Of a stretch of 19,643 nt of DNA, positions 9,872 through 16,697 are shown in pieces. The notes beneath the pieces are model-generated. The model had not been told where the DNA came from and did not search any database. It saw nothing but the letters and a program-made list of their open reading frames with translations. Source of the stretch: Leptospirales bacterium (GTDB taxonomy: Bacteria; Spirochaetota; Leptospiria; Turneriellales; JAOUFE01); assembly GCA_040326155.1 (NCBI GenBank), contig JBEQLE010000075.1, positions 1 through 19,643 on the forward strand, given 5' to 3'. Numbering within the stretch: the first letter of the stretch is position 1; each line of letters begins with the position of its first letter. The position numbers were made by a program, and so were the translations under genes.

Positions 9872-9898
9872 TCAGCTACTTTCATTTTTGTCCGATAA
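9872..9898 (+). promoter_or_regulatory. Putative sigma-28 (FliA) promoter of fliS
   Basis: TCAG(9872-9875)-N15-TCCGATAA(9891-9898) versus consensus TAAA-N15-GCCGATAA, about 25 nt upstream of a late flagellar gene. Confidence 0.55.
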
Positions 9899-9922
9899 TA
9901 AGAGTAATAAGCAGGAGCAAAT

Positions 9923-10351
9923 ATGCAAAGCGCACATAATGAATATCATATGAACCAAATAGAAACCGCTGACCCGAAGCAGTTAGTGATAATGCTTTAT
10001 GATGGAGCCGGAAGGTTTCTCGAAAGAGCCGCAGCTGAAATTGATAATTTTAAAAAATACGATAATGTAAATACGAATATTCTGAAAGCCCAGGATATTA
10101 TAACTGAACTCATGTTATCACTCGATATGGAACAAGGCGGGGAGATCGCCGACAATTTGCTAAACTTATACGCCTTCATGAAAAAAGAACTTCTCGAAGC
10201 GAATATGAAAAAAGAGAAAGGTGGCATCGTCCAGGTAATTAAAATGCTAGACGATTTGAAAGAGGCATGGGTAAAAATGGAACCGGGCTCTGAAGTCAAA
10301 AAAGAGGCTCCACCAGAAAGACCGAAAGGCGGGTTTGTCGCCCAGGGTTAA
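9923..10351 (+). CDS. fliS: Flagellin export chaperone FliS
   Basis: IETADPKQLVIMLYDGA, KAQDIITELMLSLDMEQGGEIADNLLNLY, LKEAW; RBS AGGAG. Confidence 0.97.
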   Translation: MQSAHNEYHMNQIETADPKQLVIMLYDGAGRFLERAAAEIDNFKKYDNVNTNILKAQDIITELMLSLDMEQGGEIADNLLNLYAFMKKELLEANMKKEKGGIVQVIKMLDDLKEAWVKMEPGSEVKKEAPPERPKGGFVAQG

Positions 10352-10353
10352 GA

Positions 10354-10665
10354 TTGGAATTATCCTCTGTTTTTTACCGTCTTATTGCCTATAAAAATTT
10401 TCAACTCAACGCAATAAATAAAATTATCAGTGGAAAAGATTTTTCTACCGAGAGATTCTTGAAGTCCGTTCAACGACTGCATAACTATGCAGTGTCTCTG
10501 GAGTTGCGTGCGCCCATTTCACCTACCGAAAAAACTCTTCAAAGTTATTATCAGTTCCTTGAACTAAAACTAGATCGTAAAATGGTTGCTCTAAAAGACG
10601 ATTATAAAAGCCATCTCGACACTGAGATCATTAAACGTTCCTTGTCGGTCAAGAAAATTAGATAA
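10354..10665 (+). CDS. Hypothetical helical protein (103 aa) coupled to fliS
   Basis: TTG start 2 nt after the fliS stop; helical, charged composition; no recognisable motif. Confidence 0.55.
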   Translation: MELSSVFYRLIAYKNFQLNAINKIISGKDFSTERFLKSVQRLHNYAVSLELRAPISPTEKTLQSYYQFLELKLDRKMVALKDDYKSHLDTEIIKRSLSVKKIR

Positions 10666-10895
10666 AAGTATCTGTAAATTTTACCGAATAATTATTTGCT
10701 TTCTTTATGTTTCACCCGGTAGATGCTATATGAAAACCGGACAAAACTTAACAAGTCTTTATTGGTATGTATGTCTTCTAATTGCGACAAAATATCCATT
10801 TTACAATAAAAAAGTCCTCTAATTTTGTTACATTATTTAAAATTTATTATTAGTACTTTACTTGTTTCAAAGGAAAGTATATATGTCTCTAAACG

Positions 10896-12437
10896 ATGGT
10901 TGATTCAATTACAGCTCAAATGAGGCATGCGGATAATTCTGCTGATATATCGTCAGGTGATTTATTATATACGAAACCTGACTCAGAGCAGTTATATTAT
11001 CTTCAAAATATACATTTGCTGGAATTGCAAAATTCCGTTGTTGCTCTTAAAATAAATAATTCGGCTTTTTTTGAACTTGAAAAAGAAGCTCTTGCCCTTC
11101 TTAATGCTTTTTATTCGGAACAAGAAAAATACGACACATTGCAATCTAAACTGATTCCGATAACACGTAATTTTATTATAAAGTTTGTACATCAAAAAAG
11201 CGGTATTTCTTACGAAAATTTAAATGAAACTTTCGATGAACTTGTCTCTTTGGGGTTAATTGGCGAAAACCCTGAAAAAGTTTTGGCAACCCCGCAACTT
11301 CTGGAGCCTGCCGTATCGAACCTGGTTTTAATTTTAGCAGGCAAATGTAATCTGGCATGCAGTTATTGTTACGCTGATAAAGGATCTTTTCAGGGACCGG
11401 AGTCTTTGATGGAAGAAAAAACAGCATACAAGGCGGTGGATTTTTTAATTGAAAATTCCGATGTCGAACCATCTATCCATATTAATTTTTTTGGTGGTGA
11501 GCCGCTATTGAACTTTCCGGTTTTGAAATCTACGGTTGCTTATGCTAAAAAAAGAGCTGCTGTTGCAAAAAAAATGATATCTTTTTCTGTAACTACAAAT
11601 TCCACTTTGCTGAATGAAAAAGCCGGTGAATTTTTTTCTCGCGAAAATATTTCCATTTCTACAAGTCTTGATGGATCTGCCACTTTGCATGATGCAAATA
11701 GAAAATATCCATCCGGAAAAGGTTCATTTGAAGACGCAAAAAATAATATTCTATCCTGTAAAAAAAATTACCCCGAATTAAAAATTGGCGTTCGGGTAAC
11801 ACTGACGAAAGAAGAGATCTCTTTAAAGCGCCGGTTATTCGATCTTCTTGAACTTGGTTTTTCCGAAGTAGGGTTTTCCCCTGTTTCAAGCGCTGACCCG
11901 AACATAGCATTTTCTGATTTGGAGTACGCTGAATTTACCAGTCAATTTGAAGAGTTAATTACTCTTTATATAGAAACGGCACTGCAAGATCAACTTCTGC
12001 CCGTATCGAATATTTCAAATTTTTTAAGTTATTTGCATGATGGAATCGTAAAGAATTTTCCATGTGGCGGAGCTATTGGACTAATGGGAGTAAACCCGGG
12101 TGGCGAGCTGTTTTTATGCCATCGTCTAATTGGCCAATCCGAATATGCGTTGGGTAACATTTATGATGGTATCGACCGGACAAAACAAGCGCAGATCATA
12201 GAGAGTACCGCAGTGGGTAATAAACAAGGTTGTACTAATTGCTGGGCAAAACATTTTTGCGGTGGTGGGTGTCATTATGAAGTTCATTTGCAAAATGACA
12301 ATATTTCGGCAACCCCTTTGGAAAATTGCAAATGGTTTCAATCATGGGCTAAAACTTTAATCGAAGCATATGTCATTATTATGAATAAAAATCCGCAATT
12401 TATCGATCGTTATATAGATCAAAAATCATTATGTTAA
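10896..12437 (+). CDS. qhpD: Radical SAM/SPASM peptide maturase, QhpD-like (513 aa)
   Basis: CNLACSYC, FFGGEPL, SPASM cysteines FPCGGAIG..LCHR..CTNCWAKHFCGGGCHYE..C, QhpD-like tail W..IEAYVIIMNKNPQFI, RRE-like N-terminus (IHLLEL..INNSAFFEL); adjacent to a QhpC-like precursor. Confidence 0.85.
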   Translation: MVDSITAQMRHADNSADISSGDLLYTKPDSEQLYYLQNIHLLELQNSVVALKINNSAFFELEKEALALLNAFYSEQEKYDTLQSKLIPITRNFIIKFVHQKSGISYENLNETFDELVSLGLIGENPEKVLATPQLLEPAVSNLVLILAGKCNLACSYCYADKGSFQGPESLMEEKTAYKAVDFLIENSDVEPSIHINFFGGEPLLNFPVLKSTVAYAKKRAAVAKKMISFSVTTNSTLLNEKAGEFFSRENISISTSLDGSATLHDANRKYPSGKGSFEDAKNNILSCKKNYPELKIGVRVTLTKEEISLKRRLFDLLELGFSEVGFSPVSSADPNIAFSDLEYAEFTSQFEELITLYIETALQDQLLPVSNISNFLSYLHDGIVKNFPCGGAIGLMGVNPGGELFLCHRLIGQSEYALGNIYDGIDRTKQAQIIESTAVGNKQGCTNCWAKHFCGGGCHYEVHLQNDNISATPLENCKWFQSWAKTLIEAYVIIMNKNPQFIDRYIDQKSLC

Positions 12438-12446
12438 GGAGTGTTT

Positions 12447-13169
12447 ATGGCACAGGAAGTAGCAACAGTTAAAATCTTTCCCTACGAGCAAACTTTACCA
12501 CCGGGTTCCAATTCGGTCGATGTAAATACGGACCCGATGTTTGGCGTTGCACGTATTGGAGATAAAAGACCAACCGGGTATAGAACAAGCATTACTCCGG
12601 CCGATACGTTTCCAAACCGGGCGCCCAGAATACCCTGCCAGTTTGTTTTAGTCGGTTTCGATTCAACCGGGGCAAAAATCAGCGGCGGCGACATACTAGA
12701 CGGTATACTTTTTAATGGCGCAAAACTGCCCAACGGTAACACCGTGAAGGTTGACTGGAGCGCTACAATAAGCAATGGCAAATGGGATAGTTATATTATT
12801 CCAGATATGCGACAACCAGCCGTAGACCTTACCGAGTCGTGCGTCGCCGGAGACCCCCCAACTTCGGCGCTTGGATACTTTATTGATGATACAGGACAAA
12901 TGATGCCAGGCAATGATGGCATACTCCAGTTTCTAACAACTGGTCCCACGCCACAATATCCTGAAGCGTTGAGAAGTTCAGATTTTGGATACACGAATGA
13001 TTTTAACACTGATCGTTGTGGAGACGGTTTTGTAAAGGCCGATTATTCCGAAATAGTTACAGGCGGGGGCAGTTCAAATTCGAAACCCCAGGTTCAAATT
13101 AAATCGGTACTCACTCAGCCGGACTGGGCTGTAACTTTATACCAACCCAAAGGGTGGAATCTGCCGTAA
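12447..13169 (+). CDS. Stand-alone protein resembling domain IV of quinohemoprotein amine dehydrogenase alpha subunit (240 aa, no heme motif, no signal peptide)
   Basis: Colinear motifs VKIFP..VARIG..PRIPCQF..G.D..VDWS..IDDTGQMMPG..GPTP..NTDRCGDGFVKA..VLTQPDW..LP match the remembered QhpA C-terminal pattern (VKVxP..ARIG..PK...F..W.V..DG.FxPG..GPNP..TNNxGNL.V.A..IVTVQRW..P). AAGGAG at 12436-12441 favours ATG 12447. Confidence 0.7.
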   Translation: MAQEVATVKIFPYEQTLPPGSNSVDVNTDPMFGVARIGDKRPTGYRTSITPADTFPNRAPRIPCQFVLVGFDSTGAKISGGDILDGILFNGAKLPNGNTVKVDWSATISNGKWDSYIIPDMRQPAVDLTESCVAGDPPTSALGYFIDDTGQMMPGNDGILQFLTTGPTPQYPEALRSSDFGYTNDFNTDRCGDGFVKADYSEIVTGGGSSNSKPQVQIKSVLTQPDWAVTLYQPKGWNLP

Positions 13170-13201
13170 ATTATTCAGAAGATTTGTGATAGGAGAAATG
13201 T

Positions 13202-14815
13202 ATGAAACAAGTTAAGCCATTAAATAAAAAAGCTTTGGCTATTGCCGAAGAAGATACACCCGACGTGTTCGCCTGCGCGCCAATACCTAAACCGGATTGC
13301 ACCAGTAATTATGCACCCGGCATTGAAGTGTCGTCTGCCACATCGTCTACCGACCAGAATGCCAGTACAAAAGGGTTATGTTCTCCCTTTCTTAGAGATA
13401 CTATGATTTGTAGCTGTAGTTACTGGCCTTCACAAGATCCCGATTTAACAGTGCAAGAGACCGCTTCAAAATGGAGAAATGGTATGGGTCACGGGCAAGG
13501 TCATGGCGTTAACTCGCAAGAGCTTCGATTTGTCTACCCTACCGATCCTAAAAGCGATCCGAATCGCGCTTATGGCAACGGCAAAGATTCCTGGGATAAA
13601 AATGTTCCTTCGGATATAAACGAAATTATGATTAAAGATAATTGGGCCGATACTGGGTCCGTACCGACTTCGGGAAATACATGGACCAGTCCCGATATCT
13701 GGTTGCGCTACAACAACGAACCGGAAAGTAATTTTCCTGATCCGAATCTTAATTATCATCAGGGTAATCCGATTGTAAATAGAAATAATTATTTGTATGC
13801 GAGGGTACGTAATACCGGGCAGCATGTTATTGATCAGGTTTATGTAAAATTTTATGCAGGTCTTACAAGTACCAACCCTAGCGGTATTTTAGTCGGGCAT
13901 GGAATGGTTCGAGAGATGGCCGCTCAAAGTGTTGCCGTTGTAAAATCGATAAAACCCTGGGCTCCAAATGTCACGGGACATGGGTGTATACGGGTTATTA
14001 TCGATTCTACTCAAGACCCGGTAAAATTGCTGGGCTCGCCGCCAAATTTTAATTCTTACAATCAATTACTGGGACCCCAGTTTCAAGATGTATCCGTCGC
14101 TTATGATAATAATGTCGCACAACTTAACCTGAGCATTATTACGGTCATTCCGGGATGGGCGGGGATACCTTTTGATTTTGTGATCATGCCGAAAATTCCC
14201 CCGATTATCGATGATATTGAATGGCCTCCCCGTCCTTTGCCCGAGCCTGATCCGAATCCTGAGTGGCATAAAATAATTCTGGAAAGGCCACTGGCTCTAT
14301 CGCGACTAAAACTTGAAACAGCCCCGGTTGCAAAACATTTGCAAGCTTATAAACGGCCGTTCAAATTTTCCATATCGAAATTGTTTGAAGTACTTTACCA
14401 GTTGTTCTTGCCGATTCTAAGTTGGGTTTCGCCATCCTTGACGAACCATCGCAAGCGATTGATCACTTACATGCCTACGGAAAAAGACAGACCGGTAAAG
14501 CATAGTTTAATGATTAACCTGGACCGAGTTGCTCATGATGATCAGTATATGGATCACTCCTTTGTGATTAAACAAGCTTTCAAAGGAAAAACATTGGGTG
14601 GTATAACGGTAAGAATGAATGTTACTCATCCCAGTCTTGTCAGGTATATCGCAGACACCGATACGAAGGTCGCTCACTTTTTTAAATGCCCTGAGATTAA
14701 GCAAATACCGGATAATCGTAAAAGAGGTTTTGATGATCCGAATGAGGCGTTGGCTGCCGGGTATGCCGTGCATGATCGTTGCGATATTTTGTTGGCAAGA
14801 CGTAAGGGTGAATAG
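13202..14815 (+). CDS. QhpC-like (CTQ/ranthipeptide precursor) N-terminal domain fused to an Ig/CARDB-like domain, Pro-rich linker and C-terminal Ada-type metal-binding domain (537 aa)
   Basis: Leader MKQVKPLNKKA; core CTSNYAPGIEV, LCSPFLRD, CSCSYWPSQDPD, ELRFVYP; then WTSPDIWLR..YLYARVRNTG..GHGC..DNNVAQLN; terminal YIADTDTKVAHFFKC..EALAAGYAVHDRC; RBS AGGAG. Confidence 0.82.
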   Translation: MKQVKPLNKKALAIAEEDTPDVFACAPIPKPDCTSNYAPGIEVSSATSSTDQNASTKGLCSPFLRDTMICSCSYWPSQDPDLTVQETASKWRNGMGHGQGHGVNSQELRFVYPTDPKSDPNRAYGNGKDSWDKNVPSDINEIMIKDNWADTGSVPTSGNTWTSPDIWLRYNNEPESNFPDPNLNYHQGNPIVNRNNYLYARVRNTGQHVIDQVYVKFYAGLTSTNPSGILVGHGMVREMAAQSVAVVKSIKPWAPNVTGHGCIRVIIDSTQDPVKLLGSPPNFNSYNQLLGPQFQDVSVAYDNNVAQLNLSIITVIPGWAGIPFDFVIMPKIPPIIDDIEWPPRPLPEPDPNPEWHKIILERPLALSRLKLETAPVAKHLQAYKRPFKFSISKLFEVLYQLFLPILSWVSPSLTNHRKRLITYMPTEKDRPVKHSLMINLDRVAHDDQYMDHSFVIKQAFKGKTLGGITVRMNVTHPSLVRYIADTDTKVAHFFKCPEIKQIPDNRKRGFDDPNEALAAGYAVHDRCDILLARRKGE

Positions 14816-14836
14816 TTATCCGGTAGAACAGTATTC

Positions 14837-15691
14837 ATGAGAGTCTATTTTGGTTCGGAGTTCTGTGAATATTTAATTCCGTCTAAACGGGAATTGATAA
14901 ATGCTCATGAAAAAAGCCTGAGCGATGGATTTGACTTTACGTTTGTTACCCCTCCTGTAACCGATACGGGAGTTGAAAAACTACAGGTTTTGTTTGAATA
15001 CCTTGATTCTGTTGAAATGGAAATTGAGGTAGTAGCAAATGATTGGGGTGTAGTGACTTTGGCTTCCCGGTTCGAATTTTTGCAGCCTGTTATGGGACGA
15101 TTGTTAAACAAAATGTTGCGCGAACCGCGATTTAACACGATGTATAAAAACTCCGAGGTGCCAAAGGCGCCTCTTAAGATATTTCAAAATTCAGGAATAA
15201 GCAGTAATTTCATGGAAATTATAAAGAGATATCGTATAAAGAGAATCGAACTTGATAATCTTTACCAGGGGTTCGGCGAAGATTTGAATTTACATGGACT
15301 TGACGCATCGGTTTATTTACCTTATGGGTACATCGCATCAGGTCGAATGTGTTATTATGCAGCTGTTGGACGCCCTACCGAAGTTCGGTTTTTATACGGG
15401 CGTGAGTGCCAAAAACAATGTATTGGTAATAGTGCAACAATGGTATCGGAGAAGACCGCAGATTTAAATAACATTATACAAAAAGGTAACACGGTATTTT
15501 ACAAACAGGATAAAACAATGATCGACAAAGCTCTTCAATGGATAAAAAACAATCGTGCAAGAGTTGTTATTTTTGAAGACCCCATAGAGTTGCCTGCAAA
15601 AGCATTTGAAAATATCGAAGATGCTGAAGCTTGTCTCAGCAGGACATTCGAAAATCAGAGAAATATATTTAGCAAGTCATATGAAAATTAA
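14837..15691 (+). CDS. Divergent U32-family-like protein (284 aa), probable partner subunit
   Basis: RVYFGSEFCE, FTFVTP, EVVANDWG, GRLLNK, RIELDN, YGYIASGRMC..ECQKQC..KGNTVF: U32/UbiV-like barrel pattern with candidate Fe-S cysteines; overlaps the next U32 gene. Confidence 0.65.
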   Translation: MRVYFGSEFCEYLIPSKRELINAHEKSLSDGFDFTFVTPPVTDTGVEKLQVLFEYLDSVEMEIEVVANDWGVVTLASRFEFLQPVMGRLLNKMLREPRFNTMYKNSEVPKAPLKIFQNSGISSNFMEIIKRYRIKRIELDNLYQGFGEDLNLHGLDASVYLPYGYIASGRMCYYAAVGRPTEVRFLYGRECQKQCIGNSATMVSEKTADLNNIIQKGNTVFYKQDKTMIDKALQWIKNNRARVVIFEDPIELPAKAFENIEDAEACLSRTFENQRNIFSKSYEN

Positions 15692-16688
15692 CACGCCTGT
15701 TAACCATCCTGATGAAGTCGCCGCATTGGTAGAAGCCGGGTCTGATGAATTTTACTGTGGTTATAACCCGGAAGATTGGTCTGAAAAATTCAGTTTCGCG
15801 GTATGGATGAACCGTCGAGGTCCCGGTCCGGCAAATATCAGTAAATTTGAAGACCTGCAATCCATAATTGAACAGGCTGCACAGGCAAGACGAAAAGTCA
15901 TGGTGACCATGAATGCGCCGACGTATACCGACGAACAAAGAGATTTTTTAAAAAATTTAGTAGACTCTATTTTATCGATTGGCGGCGCCGGATTTATTTT
16001 ATCGGACATTGCTCTAATGCAATGGGTGGCGACAACACACCCCCAGGCACAAGTTATCGTTAGTTCTTTGGCTGCTGTTACAAATTGCGCCTCTGCACGG
16101 TTTTATCAAGACTCCGGAGCCTCCAGAATTATACTGCCGCGCCAATTGTCGATTTCTGAAATATTGCATATGAAGAAAAACCTGCCCGGACTCGAACTTG
16201 AAGCATTTGTCATGAATGACGGTTGCGTATATGAGGAGAGCTTTTGCAGCACCACTCATGCGATTGGGGCTTTTTGTCAGGACAAATGGAAATACACCAA
16301 TCACTGCTCGAATGAAAGTGGAACAAATAAAATTTCGGAAAAGTTGTTTCAAGATGCCATTGACGACTATCAAAAAAGAATCTGGTATTTAAGTAACTGT
16401 GGGAACACCCAGGCAGAAAACGGGGCACCCAACGGGCCATGCGGCTTATGCGCGATGTATGACTTTCATGAGGCGGGCGTGGAGTATCTGAAAGTTGTTG
16501 GCAGGGAAGCCACAACACACCGTAAAATAAAAAGCGTAGAAATGACTCACTCCGTATTACAAAAAATACAGATCGGGGCGGACAAGATGCAAACCTCAGA
16601 GTTTGCAAAAAGTTTACGTAATTTTGGCGAGGGGTGTCAAAATGGTTATATGTGCTATTATCGTGAACCAGCGACAGCGATGTCTTGA
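15681..16688 (+). CDS. U32 family Fe-S protein (335 aa), probable O2-independent hydroxylase
   Basis: EAGSDEFYCG, RIILPRQLSISEI, LEAFVMNDGCVYEESFC (C-x6-C), FCQ, CGLC, LKVVGRE; ATG 15681 overlaps the upstream stop (15689-15691). Confidence 0.88.
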   Translation: MKINTPVNHPDEVAALVEAGSDEFYCGYNPEDWSEKFSFAVWMNRRGPGPANISKFEDLQSIIEQAAQARRKVMVTMNAPTYTDEQRDFLKNLVDSILSIGGAGFILSDIALMQWVATTHPQAQVIVSSLAAVTNCASARFYQDSGASRIILPRQLSISEILHMKKNLPGLELEAFVMNDGCVYEESFCSTTHAIGAFCQDKWKYTNHCSNESGTNKISEKLFQDAIDDYQKRIWYLSNCGNTQAENGAPNGPCGLCAMYDFHEAGVEYLKVVGREATTHRKIKSVEMTHSVLQKIQIGADKMQTSEFAKSLRNFGEGCQNGYMCYYREPATAMS

Positions 16689-16697
16689 TGTCAGAAA

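Noticed and set aside
10883..10936. Selenocysteine read-through of the TGA at 10901
   Set aside because: That frame hits TAA about ten codons later and does not join the maturase frame.
12441..12446. GTG start at 12441
   Set aside because: The GTG overlaps the AAGGAG ribosome-binding site; ATG 12447 has proper spacing.
15606..15680. ORF-track TTG start at 15606 for the second U32
   Set aside because: It would overlap the upstream gene by 86 nt; ATG 15681 gives a typical U32 N-terminus (MKINTPV) with a short coupling overlap.
14837..16688. U32 proteins as collagenase-like proteases
   Set aside because: Characterised U32 members are Fe-S hydroxylation proteins, the Cys motifs are present, and the operon already has an S8 peptidase.
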